Source: Octopus sinensis
Lineage: Eukaryota
Length of the DNA: 64,000 nucleotides
Reading direction: 5' to 3'
NCBI RefSeq assembly: GCF_006345805.1
Contig: NC_043014.1
Span: 9,362,001-9,426,000, forward strand
The notes beneath the pieces are model-generated. The model made no database searches. It was not told the DNA's origin and was given only the letters and a program-made list of their open reading frames with translations. The translations under genes and the position numbers were made by a program. Numbering within the stretch: the stretch's first letter is position 1; each line of letters begins with the position of its first letter. This document shows, piece after piece, positions 51,645-64,000 of the stretch.

Positions 51645-52005
51645 CAAAGGCGTGTAACATAATGGTTAGAGCTTTAAGCTCAGGATGATAAGTTCGAGAG
51701 CTCGATTTCAAGAGGTGTGTTATGCTTTTCAGCTAAAATATTTTATTTCACGATGCTCCAATCCACTCAACGAGCAAAAATGCGTCCTACATGTACTATG
51801 TTTCCTACATGAACAATTACAAGTCGTAATTGTATTTCTAAAGGACAGTTTTGTAAGTCCTGTTTCATGCTGAATGTCCCTGACAAATACCTTAATTTAC
51901 GTGTGTTTGTGAAGTGCTCAGCCATTTGAGCATTAATTTCACCTACAGGCTCTTCCGTTGATCGGATCAACTTGAATGCTCATCGTCGATACCGACGGAG
52001 TGTTA
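51645..52005 (+). mobile_element. Old SINE with a different head and core but a family B-type tail
   Basis: 3' part gtgctcagccattt..attaatttcac..aggctcttccgttgatcggatcaac..accgacggagtg matches the B tail; 5' part has a tRNA-like ggcgtg..taatggttagagc head. Confidence 0.6.
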
Positions 52006-52513
52006 GATAAATATGTCTGTAATATAAATATGTTTGAAATTTAAATATCATTGAAATTCCCTATTGAAAGATTGTATGTTACTAAAGATAGTAGGCGTTC
52101 TCAAACAATGCGGATGATATGACATCTGGACAACCTCAACAGCTCAATCCATTACTGTAAAAATTCAATGATAAAATCAAAGATACAATATGCAGATAAC
52201 GTGGTATATTTTCAAATGCTGTCTTTATTAAAATTTCTCACTAAAAAATAAAACTCCATTTAAAATGTTACTGTATACTTTTAAGTACAATAATGGATGA
52301 AGAATGAGAACTGCATTATTTCATTTTAATTATGCTATTGTTTCTACAATATAAAGGTATTATACTATTTTACTTTCTAACTTTTTTAAAGGTCGTGAAA
52401 ATTTAGAGCACGATTTATCGCAAATAACACCTAAAAATGCTGCAAATTTAAACAATCAAATGTGAAAGAATGCAAAAGAAAAAAAAAAGAAAAAAAAAAG
52501 AATTATCTTCCTT

Positions 52514-52744
52514 GTAGAGGCGCAATGGCCTAGTGGTTAGGGCAGCGGACTCGCGATCGCAGGATCGCGGTTTCGATTCTCAGACCGGGCGTTGTGTGTG
52601 TTTATTGAGCGAAAACACCTAAAAAGCTCTACGAGGCTCCGGCAGGGGGTGGTGATCCCTGCTGTACTCTTTCACCACAATGGCGGTGCCCCAGCATGGC
52701 CACAGCTCAAGAGCTGAAACTGGAAAAACAAAACAAAAAAAAAA
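52514..52744 (+). mobile_element. SINE family B head with an A-like tail (tail type F)
   Basis: B head through ctctttcaccacaa, then tggcggtgccccagcatggccacagctcaagagctgaaac and an A-rich end. Confidence 0.8.
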
Positions 52745-53762
52745 ATATATCAAAACGATATTTTACTTACAGAAAATTTGACTTTCAAACGTGGAATTTG
52801 AACAAAATGTCGGATATCTGAATAAATATCCTTCTCTGATCCTCTCTGTCACGATACGTATACACACAGAGACAAACCCAGGCGCGCTTCACACGCATAC
52901 GCTGTTTGTCTATGTGCATAAGAGACAGTGGCACATGCATTTCTGTGTTTCAGTTTATCCAGTTTTTATAACTCCATCGATATTTAGATATCAAAGGAGA
53001 AAGTTACAAAGAAATTTTTTATATACTGACAAACTTTCCTTCTTGTATAGAAGTGTGGCTACAATCCAGCCTACCTCTACTTCGGGGTGGGGGGAGTGGG
53101 CAATTTAAATTTTTTTCCGGGGCATCCTACGTCCCAGATATAAAGGTAAAAATAACATATTTCCACTTTGCAAGTTCGAGTCAAGTACTCCCTTGCACGC
53201 TCCGTTGATTTGAACCGTGCTTCTATTGTGGCGAATTTACCGCCTCTGATTAAATACCTTTCATAGTCGCACCAAAACACTTTTCGAAGGTGCTTTCCTC
53301 CATGTGTTCAAATCTTCCTTTTTTCTCTACATTGTATACATGAGAGATAGATATGACAGAATATATATAGGGAGAAACAAAATTTAGGAAAAGGATTCCA
53401 AAACTATTCAAATCCCAAATTTCGAACTAGTGAAGATTATCGCTGAATCACGCAAGTCACAATAGAATATATTTTAGATAGAATGTCTGCAATCTCTAGT
53501 CCATCCTCGTCACAAATATATAAATATGTTGCCTTTTACTAAACACTGATTCGTGTAAGAAGAGAAAGCAAAGGACAAACTCAATCATATTTAGATGGAT
53601 AAAAAATATATAGATAAATATACACCAAGCTCACAGACATACAAATACAAATACAGGGCATACAATATATATATATTATATATATATATATATAACCTAA
53701 TTATCGCTCCTTCATTTGTAACCGTGGTGCATCAGCATGGCCACAGCTCTGAGCTGAAACTA

Positions 53763-53821
<59 letters not shown>

Positions 53822-53824
53822 ATA

Positions 53825-53985
53825 TAAAACGGGAAGTTTTACAAAAATAAACAAAAGACGAAGGCAGGTGGAGTACAAACAAAACAAATGTATTAGTATG
53901 GCGCTCAGGAATAGAAATAGAACAAGTCTTTTACGTTTCGAGCCTACGCTCTCCGACAGAAAGATACACAGAAAAGAGGGATAGA
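53825..53985 (-). mobile_element. Penelope-like fragment with degenerate hammerhead (53927-53964)
   Basis: Minus strand tcttt-CTGTCGG-A-GAGC-gtag-GCTC-GAAAC-GTA-aaaga. Confidence 0.6.
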
Positions 53986-54579
53986 GTTAGAGACAGAAAG
54001 AGAGAGAAATAGAGAGAGAGAGGGGGAGAGAGAAAAGAGAGACAGTAATATATGATGCTGCTTCATTTACTATTTCCTTTGAAAACTATGTGAAGTCAAT
54101 TTTGCTCAAGCTGCGCGGCAACCATAGGTACTGTATTCAACTATAACCCCAAGCCGAACAGTGCCTGGTACACAAATGTGATGGAGTTAAACTATGTCGT
54201 AGCCCTATGTACATGCATACATCCACATTGATATATATATATATAATAACATTTATTGTTTTTTCTAGATCTGCCTTCGCTCAATTACGAAGTAAAAACC
54301 ATATTAGTTAAATAATTCCGAAGTTAAAGCACAACCATTGGACATTTTATCTTAGATTACATGTTATGTGCTTAAGGATGTTTTCGACAATATTTACACT
54401 TGTCATAGGGCCGAATGTATATTTCCCGTATAATTATGCTCCAATTAATATGTCAAACAAGGAGGCTCACGTCACGAGCGAAATCAACGTTATTCTAGAC
54501 AATTGGTCTATCAAAAACTGCGTATGTTTCTGGCACATGGAAAAGTGCTGCCACAATTGAAAAAATCAGACTGATATTT

Positions 54580-54920
54580 CTCAACAAAGAAGCTTCTAAG
54601 ATCCCTTAGGGATTAGATGACAAGATAGGGACACAGACGAGGTACTTCGAAGCGCCAATGCAACAGATCAGAAGAATGCAGCTGCCAGAGCACGTTCTAT
54701 GAATAGGGGACTTTATTCTAGCAAGAACGGCAATGACATGCTAACAGGTTGGTGGGAAGAGATAAAAGGGTAGCCTAAAGAATACATTGGGATTCATTCT
54801 GCAGATATGGTACCAATTGGATTTAAGCACCCATACTTGCCAAAAGAGAAAATATTGGAAGTGTATGGTGATTTTTTGCTGTGAGGCAGGACGAGCGAGA
54901 TGACCAGAATCATTCAACAA
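54580..54920 (+). mobile_element. Decayed RTE-like ORF2 fragment
   Basis: Stop-riddled LGIR*QDRDTDEVLRSAN resembles the RTE motif ILGIxWQDRVxNxEVLRRA. Confidence 0.5.
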
Positions 54921-55517
54921 TTGTAATATTCAAGTGTATAAGAATAAGATCGCTGTGTAGCGATAATAAGAGAGTGGAAAAATTAATGCGATGTTAAATA
55001 CAAAATTTAGATACATAACCCGATAGGTCGGGAAACTAAAGTATTTAGAAAAGTTGGTGTATGTCTAAATATTTTGGATGTTTCCCAAAACGTAGATATG
55101 AAATATTGTGGAACAAGTCATTCATAGCGAAAATTGAAGCGCTTTTCCACAGTAAAGCCATGGCTTCAAATATTATATCTTTTGAACGATTTTTATTGCA
55201 ATTACAAATCTTATCTCTGTATCGTGTTCGCCAGAAGCTAAACTTTTCTGGAATAAGTTATCCCTTTCCAATTCCGCAAACGAATCATTTGAACTATTTA
55301 AAATCAAGGAAATTTCGCTTTTCAATTTTTCATTCAAAATCTTATTTTATGCATGGGAAAGTTTCAAATCTGTAAGGTAAATTTATTGCTTATTTGTATT
55401 TCCGAACTTGTTTCAGCATGTATACTCCTGAATACGCACACAGCGATTAGATATATATTATTTCTCTACTTCACTCTCGTAATTTCTTCTCGCTTTATAG
55501 AAATGTATGTATATATA

Positions 55518-55594
<77 letters not shown>

Positions 55595-55764
55595 ATGTGT
55601 GTGTTTGTGTGATTATATGTATATATCACATTTGAATATACATAAATGAAGACATACATTTGAATATATATATATATGTGTGTGTGTGTGTGTACGTGTG
55701 TATTGTGTGTGTGAATATATATATATATATATATGCATATATTTATTTCTCTCTCTCTCTCCCC

Positions 55765-55798
<34 letters not shown>

Positions 55799-55861
55799 GT
55801 TTGTGTATATATATATGTATGTATGCATATATTTATCTGTATATCTATCTATCTATCTAGC

Positions 55862-56785
55862 TACACACACACACACACTCACACACACACACATATATAT
55901 ATATAAAGATTGCAGCGAATTCGTACATTCGGGAGCGAACAAGGTAAAGTATTGCCATTACATGATTGCCTCATAAGCAGACTGCCTGCATCAAATGTAT
56001 ATGACTGTGTGATAAATTATGGAAGTATTTAATATTGGTTCTAAATTTTGACTTAAGCCGAGCAATGGTGGATGTGGGGGTAAGTCGATAACATTGAACC
56101 CAGTACTCTGCGGGTACTTACTTTTTCGGTCCCGAAAGGGTCTGAAAGGCAAACTCAACCTCGGCGAGATTAGAACTCAGAACGTAATGACGGACGAAAT
56201 GCCGCTAAAGATTCTGCTAGCTCACCGCCTTGGAAATTTTTAATATTTCTACTCCGAAACCTACAAAACTCATCCTTCTTCTTCGCCTGACGAGGCGTAC
56301 TCAAAAGGCCGATGTGAGTTTATATACACACACATACACACACACACACATACACACACATATATATATAAAGATTGCAGCGAATTCGTACATTCGGGAG
56401 CGAACAAGGTAAAGTATTGCCATTACATGATTGCCTCATAAGCAGACTGCCTGCATCAAATGTATATGACTGTGTGATAAATTATGGAAGTATTTAATAT
56501 TGGTTCTAAATTTTGACTTAAGCTGAGCAATGGTGGATGTGGGGGTAAGTCGATAACATTGAACCCAGTACTCTGCAGGTACTTATTTTTTCGGTCCCGA
56601 AAGGGTCTGAAAGGCAAACTCAACCTCGGCGAGATTAGAACTCAGAACGTAATGACGGACGAAATGCCGCTAAAGATTCTGCTAGCTCACCGCCTTGGAA
56701 ATTTTTAATATTTCTACTCCGAAACCTACAAAACTCATCCTTCTTCTTCGCCTGACGAGGCGTACTCAAAAGGCCGATGTGAGTT

Positions 56786-56820
<35 letters not shown>
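55862..56820. repeat. 465-bp tandem duplication bounded by (CA)n(TA)n, each unit containing a degraded family C SINE (- strand)
   Basis: aagattgcagcgaattcg at offset 465 (G at 55908 and 56373); about 3 substitutions between the units. Confidence 0.95.
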
Positions 56821-56840
<20 letters not shown>

Positions 56841-57109
56841 GCACATATTTGCTTGGGAGATAAGTTAACCTCATAAAGGGATTGTTACATTCACGGAAGT
56901 ATTGGTTCTACACCTAGAATTTTGGGGAAAGGAAATTTCCTTAAATCAATATGTATATATTCAAATCATATAATACATTTTCAGTTAATTGAAGGAAAGA
57001 ATGGATAGTTGAAAGTTTAAAATGATTTATTGTTAAAAAATATTGGTCATCTTTACTTCTTACAACAGTTTCCATTAGTACTCAATAAGTGAATTACACA
57101 TTTTTGCTT

Positions 57110-57612
57110 TAAATTTGAACCTGAGAACGTAGCGGCAGACAAAATAGCGCCAAGCGTTTCGCTCGCCGAGCTAACATTGCTGCCAGCTCGTCGCCTTAAA
57201 TATTGTTTTCTACACTAGGCTCAAGGCCCAATATTTTGGGGGAGGGGGCCAGTCGATTAGATCGACCCCGGTAGGCAACTGATACTTAATTTATCGATCC
57301 CGAAAAGATGGAAGTCGACCTCGGTAGAATTTGAACTCAGAACGTAAAGACAAAAGAAATACAGCTAAGCATCTCGCTCAGCGTGCTAACGATTCTTATT
57401 TCTTTATTGCCTGCAAGGGGCTAAACATAGAGGTGGTAAAACAAGGGCAGACAAAGGGATTAAGTCGATTACATGGACCCCAGTGCGAACATGGATCCAG
57501 TGCGAAAGAGTGAAACACACACATATACTCACACGTAAATTTATGTGAACGCAGACGAAATACCAAGCATTTCCCCCGGCCTATTAATGTTTCTGCCAGC
57601 TCCCCGCCATTC
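57110..57612 (-). mobile_element. Cluster of degraded family C SINE fragments
   Basis: Several partial heads, cores and tails on the minus strand. Confidence 0.75.
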
Positions 57613-58207
57613 TCGAAATCAATATTGAGTGAAAATAGTGATAGCATTTTTAGCATTCACGTTATCAAAAAATGTATACCCTCTTCTTGTAGATAAGAAA
57701 TAGCGACGGGGCATCAGTATATCTTGGACTGTCATTTTCTTTACTTTATCCTAAATAAGGAATCTTCTGTATTAGCGTTTTTGCTATTATTCCAATGAGA
57801 TTTAATAGCTCGTAGCATTTATGGAAAGTTTTAATTCTCAAGTTCGGCATTGCCAAATTAGTATTCGAATTTGCACCACAATGAAATATGGGTCATTAAC
57901 ATGATATCCAAAACAGACGTCTATTTATATTTATATGCCCGAAAGGAAACAAACACCCACCTCATCACACACACATACTCACACGCACACATACGGACAC
58001 CATCACAAGCACGCTCAACTAAAAAGAGACAGAGACACACACATACACTGTATATATCTGTCTACTCTTAAATCTAAAGCTGCACGCAAATTATTATCGT
58101 CCTGACGGCTTCCAGTATACTGGTTAAGTAACTACGGTATTTAATAATATTACTCGTAATGGTATAAAAAGAAAGCGTTAGCGAAATTGTAATAAACGAT
58201 TTATAAT

Positions 58208-58590
58208 GGAAGCACTCCGTCGGTTACGACAACGAGGGTTCCGGTTGATCCGAATCAGCGGAACAGCCTGCTCGTGAAATTAACGTGTAAGTGGCTGAGC
58301 ACTCCACAGACACGTGTACCCTTAACGTAGTTCTCGGGGATATTCAGCGTGACACAGAGAGTGACAAGGCCGGCCCTTTGAAATACAGGTACAAGAGAAA
58401 CAGGAAGTAAGAGTGAGAGAAAGTTGTGGTGAAAGAGTACAGCAGGGATCACCACCATCCCTTGCCAGAGCCTCGTGGTGCTTTTAGGTGTTTTCGCTCA
58501 ATAAACACTCACATCGCCCGGTCTGGGAATCGAAACCGCGATCCTATGACCGCGAGTTCGCTGCCCTAACCACTGGGCCATTGCGCCTCC
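58208..58590 (-). mobile_element. SINE family B, full length
   Basis: 14-bp TSD AAACGATTTATAAT at 58194-58207 and 58591-58604. Confidence 0.93.
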
Positions 58591-58713
58591 AAACGATTTA
58601 TAATATTAGTTCCTACATACATTTTTTAGTATTGCTCTTGATTAGAACTCTGCATTTAATGTGCTAAGTGCAAATAGATTCTTAGCTATATCGAATCATC
58701 AATAAAGACATTA

Positions 58714-59124
58714 TTTATTTCTTTATGGCCCACAGAGGGCTAAACATAGAGGGCACAAACGAGGACAGACAAAGGGATTAAGTCGATTACACAACCTCAG
58801 TGCGTAACTGGTATCTATTTAACCCACCCCGAACTAAGAACGTAGACAGACGAAATACCGCTAAATATTTCGCCCAGCGTGCTAAAGTTTCTTATTTTTT
58901 TATTGCCCACAAGGGGCTAAACATAGAGGGAATAAAAAAGGACAGACAAAGGGATTAAGGTGGTTAGATCGACCCAAGTGCGTGACTGGTACTTCATTTA
59001 TCGACCCCGAAAGGATGAAAGGCAAAGTTGACCTCGGCGGAATTTGATCTCAGAACCTGAAGACAGACGAAATGCTGCTAAGCATTTCGCCCAGCGTGTT
59101 AACGTTTCTACTAGCTCGCGGCCT
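58714..59124 (-). mobile_element. SINE family C dimer
   Basis: Two tails (58714, ~58895) and one complete head ending at 59124. Confidence 0.85.
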
Positions 59125-59407
59125 TCAAGGGACACATTATTGCATACAGGTGTCTTAATGAAGGGGTGTTTTATAATTAATTTCAGAGGGTAATGGAAAT
59201 TCGCAGAGAGAGAGACTAAAAAAGAAGAGTAATGGAAGAAAAGAGAAAAGAATAGAGGAAATAGAGACTAAAGTAAAAGATAAAATGAGAAAAAATAGGA
59301 GGAAAAAAGAATGGAGAAAAGACGAAGAAAGAAAAAAGAATAAAGAAAAAGAGGAAGAGAGGGAAAAAGGAGGAAAATCTAAGTTGGACAACTAGAAAAA
59401 GGATAAA

Positions 59408-59807
59408 TCTTTATACATAAAAGTGAAGTTGTGTGTCTATCTCCTACGATTTAGATTCCTAACTACTCCCACATTTTGCGGTGCAGTGTAACCAAAAGCG
59501 GGTATCTTATAATCGTGATTCCTATCGAGCCCTTTTGCGTATTAGTGCGCGTCTACGATGAGTCTACGATTTAAAAAAAAAATTACCATAATTTTTCCCA
59601 TTTTTAATGCATTTTTTTGCTGTTATATAAAGGAAGTAACTCTCTAAAAATGTATTATTAAATCTCAGAACGTAAAACGCTACAGTAACACCCCCCCCCC
59701 CCTTTGTGGTTAGCCATATTGAGATGGCTATTATACTTTACATCTCTAAAAATGCTTATATAGTTATTTCCCTTACAAACCCGAGCAACGCCGGGCGATA
59801 CTGCTAG
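59408..59807 (+). mobile_element. Complete non-autonomous Helitron (400 bp)
   Basis: A|TCTTTATACATAAAAGTGAAGTTG ... AAACCCGAGCAACGCCGGGCGATACTGCTAG|T. Confidence 0.87.
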
Positions 59808-59980
59808 TAGAGACTAAAATAAAAGATGAAATGAGAAAAAATAGGAGGAAAATGAATGGAGAAAAGACGAAGATAGAAAAAAAAGAATAAAGAAAAAGAG
59901 GAAGAGAGGGAAAAGGGAGAAAAGAAGAAGAAGAAAAAGGAGGAAAATCTAAGTTGGACAACTAGAAAAAGGATAAATAT

Positions 59981-60366
59981 GGAAGCACTCCGTCGGTTAC
60001 GACGACGAGGGTTCCGGTTGATCCGAATCAACAGAACAGCCTGCTCGTGAAATTAACGTGTAAGTGGCTGAGCACTCCACAGACACGTGTACCCTTAACA
60101 TAGTTCTCGGGGATATTCAGCGTGACACAGAGAGTGACAAGGCCGGCCCTTTGAAATACAGGTACAACAGAAACAGGAAGAAAGAGTGAGAGAAAGTTGT
60201 GGTGAAAGAGTACAGCAGGGATCACCACCATCCCCTGCCGGAGCCTTCTGGAGCTTTCGGTGTTTTCGCTCAATAAACACTCACAACGCCCCGGTCTGGA
60301 AATCGAAACCGCGATCCTACGACCGCGAGTCCGCTGCCCTAACCACTGGGCCATTGCGCCTCCACT
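59981..60366 (-). mobile_element. SINE family B, full length
   Basis: TSD AGGATAAATAT at 59970-59980 and 60368-60378. Confidence 0.92.
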
Positions 60367-60894
60367 AGGATAAATATAAATATATAAAGAAGATGATAAT
60401 GTAAGGGGAATGAATGAATGAATACATAAATAAACACACCATGGAGATAGAGAGGTATACATATACTTTAACACCCCATACACATATACGGATGGATGGT
60501 ATGTTTGCGAACGCGCGTGTATTCTTTTACACGCCCATTTTAATGCAAATATTTAAAAAATAAACCATATCAAACTCACATAAAAAAAATTTCTATCAAC
60601 AGATCCTCAGATGCATACAACTGAATGTATTTTTTTTCTTTTTATTATCCATATACTCGAAACACTTTCATATTCAATACAAAACAGTGTTATCTTAGTA
60701 AAACATTACATGCGTTATTCCCGAGTTGGCTCCGTTGCTACCGTTGCCTCTTGGAGATCAGATTGCCTTTCCAAACTTGATAAGCTCGAATTCGGTTACA
60801 TTAAGCCATAATTCTGTTTGGAACATTCATTCAAATATGCATTGCAATATAATACAGAGATTTTGAAAAAACATTCATTAATACATATATATGT

Positions 60895-60914
60895 TGTTGT
60901 TATTATTATTACTA

Positions 60915-60948
<34 letters not shown>

Positions 60949-61269
60949 ACTAATACTATTAATATTGTTTTTATTACTATTATTATTATATTATTATTAT
61001 TATTATTATTACTACTACTACTATTATTATTATTATTTTTATTACTATTATGATCATTATTATTATTATTATCATTATTATTATTATTATTACTATTATT
61101 ATTATTAATATTATTATTGTTATTACTATCATTATTATTACTATTATTATTATTATTATTAATATTATTATTGTTATTACTATTATTATTATTATTACTA
61201 TTATTATTATTATCAGTATTATTATTACTATTATTATTATTATTATTACTATTATTTTTATTACTATTA

Positions 61270-61304
<35 letters not shown>

Positions 61305-61358
61305 CATTATTATTAATATTATCATTATTATTAATATTATTATCATGATATATATGTA

Positions 61359-61404
<46 letters not shown>

Positions 61405-61410
61405 TATATA
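60895..61410. repeat. (TAT)n compound microsatellite followed by (TA)n
   Basis: Directly visible. Confidence 0.95.
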
Positions 61411-61703
61411 TACACACGCACATGTTATATGAGTGTATTATTTAAATTCTTTGTTACCCTTTTCTCCGTTTTCACAAAGCTTACAGCCATTAACTGACAT
61501 CGCAAACCAGAATATTCAACCGTTCTTGAATTACATGCGAGGTTTGGTGTTAAGAGCACAATCCAGTGGAAGTAGAGAGCAGAGCCAGAAATGAAGATAA
61601 TGAAATTTCACTTCTCTAATCTACGCTACACAAATATTTCCTGGCTGTACACTTCATCTCATAACTCTACAACACGAAACAAGGAACAAATAAGATTAAT
61701 GCA

Positions 61704-62100
61704 TAGTGGGTGTGTGGTAAGTAGCTTGTTTACCAACCACATGATTCCGGGTTCAGTCCCACTGCGTGGAACTTTAGGTAAGTGTCTTCTACTATAGCCT
61801 CGGGCCGGCCAAAGCCTTGTGAGTGGATTTGGCAGACGGAAATTGAAAGAAGCCCGTCTTATATATGTATATATATATATGTGTATGTGTGAGTAGATGT
61901 TTGTGTGTCTGTGTTTGTCCCCCTAGCATTGCTTGACAACCGATGCTGGTGTGTTTATGTCCCCGTCAGTTAGCGGTTCGGCAAAAGAGACCGATAGAAT
62001 AAGTACTGGGCTTACAAAGAATAAGTCCCGGGGTCGAGTTGCTCGATTAAAGGCGGTGCTTCAGCAAGGCCGCAGTTAAATGACTGGAACAAATAAAGAA
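61704..62100 (+). mobile_element. SINE family A
   Basis: Head, short internal microsatellite and tail present. Confidence 0.9.
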
Positions 62101-62145
62101 AAAGAGATATTTTAAGAGAAGACTAAGAATGATGTAGTTTCCAAA

Positions 62146-62458
62146 GTTCTTGCTTGTTTGTTCCTTCTCAAGCCATGCTTGGCTCATAAGGGCCGGTTTC
62201 CCGGTTTCTTTGGCGTATAAGTTCCCCAACCTGGACGGGAAGCCGGTCTGTCGCAGGTGGGCTGCAAGATGCAGGAGGAAAGAGTGAGAGAAGGTTGTGG
62301 CGAAAGAGACAGCAGAAGTTCACCAATACCTTCTGCCGGAGTCGCGTGGAGCTTAGGTGTTTCGCTCATAAACACACATATCATCCGGTCTGAGATTCGA
62401 ACACGCGATCCCTCGACTGCGAGTCCGCTGCTCTAACCACTAGGCCATGTGCCTCCAC
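62146..62458 (-). mobile_element. SINE family B head with tail type E
   Basis: Reverse complement gtggaggcacatggcctagtggttagagcagcggactcgc ... ccaagcatggcttgagaaggaacaaacaag. Confidence 0.85.
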
Positions 62459-63106
62459 TTTCCAACGTTCTTGATTGCGAAGAAATAAAACTTCGTTCGC
62501 ATCTTAAACAAGAAACTTGATGATTGCGTAGTCAAACTTAAAGTGTATGCAGCGAAGCAAGAAAAGACAAACGCCTTACGATGTGTATGTGTGGACAATC
62601 TGCAGTATGGAAAGAAAAAAACATACATTTTTGACTAATAATAACGTGCGCATGTCCCTCAATGACAGGCGGATGTGTGATGTTATACAGGAAGAAATTG
62701 ATAACCGTACGGAGCGGAAGCTGTGTGTCAGCAATGTCATTAGATACCAGTATCTAATTTGAGACCCTGCCTAATCTGTGACCCTGCCATGTTTTAACGA
62801 AATATCAATAGCAGCGGCTAGAATGCAATTACTTCCATTTAATCTCAAATTCTCAGACATCAAAGTGATCTACAAAGACATTAGTTCAGCCGACACTTTC
62901 ACCTTATCCAATCAATTTCGTAATCTTTCCAAGAATAATGTCTACTGAAATCTTGAAAAAGATTTTGTTTTAATTTTGTGGAAGAAGTAGTTTTACTTGT
63001 CCCTACTTATCTGAATTTTAAGTTTTATTATTGCTCCAAGGTAGTGATCGGCTATCTGTGAACATTTACTACAAAGTATTAATGTGTATATTTTGACTAA
63101 AGAATC

Positions 63107-63481
63107 ATGTATGTATGTATGTATGTATGTATGTATGTATGTATGTATGTATGTATGTATGTATGTATGTATGTATGTATGTATGTATGTATGTATGTAT
63201 GTATGTATGTATGTATGTATTGTATGTATGTATGTATGTAAGTATGTATGTATGTATGTATGTATGTATGTATGTATGTATGTATGTATGTATGTATGTA
63301 TGTGTATGTATGTATGTATGTATGTATGTATGTATGTATGTATGTATGTATGTATGTATGTATGTATGTATGTATGTATGTATGTATGTATGTATGTATG
63401 TATGTGTATGTATGTAGGTAGGTAGGTAGGTAGTAGGTAGGTAGGTAGGTATGTATGTATGTATGTATGTATGTATGTATG

Positions 63482-63512
<31 letters not shown>

Positions 63513-63618
63513 TGTATGTATGTATGTATGTATGTATGTATGTATGTATGTATGTATGTATGTATGTTGTATGTATGTATGTATGTATGTATGTAGGTAT
63601 GTATGTATGTATGTATGT

Positions 63619-63658
<40 letters not shown>

Positions 63659-63667
63659 ATGTATGTA

Positions 63668-63698
<31 letters not shown>

Positions 63699-63790
63699 AT
63701 AAATGTACGTATGCATGTATGTATGTATAAATGTATGTATGTATAAATGTATGTATGTATGTATGTATGTATGTGCGTGCGTGCGTGCGT
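63107..63790. repeat. ~680-bp (TATG)n microsatellite with (TAGG)n and (TG)n interruptions
   Basis: Directly visible. Confidence 0.98.
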
Positions 63791-63811
63791 GCATTTTTTA
63801 ATATATTTTAA

Positions 63812-64000
63812 TTTTATTTATGCACCCTTTTCAAGCCTAGCCAGGCTCATGGGCCCGGTTACCCGGTTTCTATATCGTATGTCCCCCCCCCCAGTTGGAC
63901 CGGACGCCAGTCCATCGCAGAGTTACTCAAGAAACAGGAAGAAAGAGTGAGAGAATGTTGGGGCGAAAGAGTACAACAGGCGGCGCCACCACCCCTTGCC
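63812..64000 (-). mobile_element. SINE family B tail type D, running off the window end
   Basis: Homologous to 2991-3180. Confidence 0.85.

Noticed and set aside
56250-56325. CTGACGA-GGC...GCC-GAT possible hammerhead
   Set aside because: GAAA is absent in both duplicate copies, and the alternative topology using the upstream GAAAC does not pair.

Overview
AT-rich, repeat-saturated eukaryotic DNA. The SINE families, microsatellite density and repeat landscape best fit an Octopus (coleoid cephalopod) genome; this is inferred, not database-checked. There is one 100-N gap (31254-31353). No intact host gene was recognised; one candidate minus-strand terminal exon lies at ~26055-26983. Nearly all ORFs in the track are microsatellite or SINE artefacts. 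Protein-coding remnants are all from transposons: a disrupted CR1-clade LINE (31354-34349; APE+RT), an R4/Dong-type restriction-like-endonuclease 3' fragment in (AAT)n (43971-44545), RTE fragments, and an internally deleted mariner (47467-48027). The window also holds about 40 copies of three tRNA-derived SINE groups. Family A has an internal microsatellite, family B has one tRNA-Arg-like head with four different tails, and family C forms ~183-bp body multimers. Two complete non-autonomous Helitrons, a TIR element with internal TTAGGG repeats, and two microsatellite-bounded tandem duplications are also present. The most interesting signals are several Penelope-type minimal hammerhead ribozyme motifs: one inside a perfect 165-bp palindrome, one with a U3-A8 compensatory core, and two sharing a U6 core variant. 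Also notable are the TSD-flanked SINE multimers and a Helitron sitting exactly at the junction of a ~150-bp duplication. All alignments and coordinates were read by eye.
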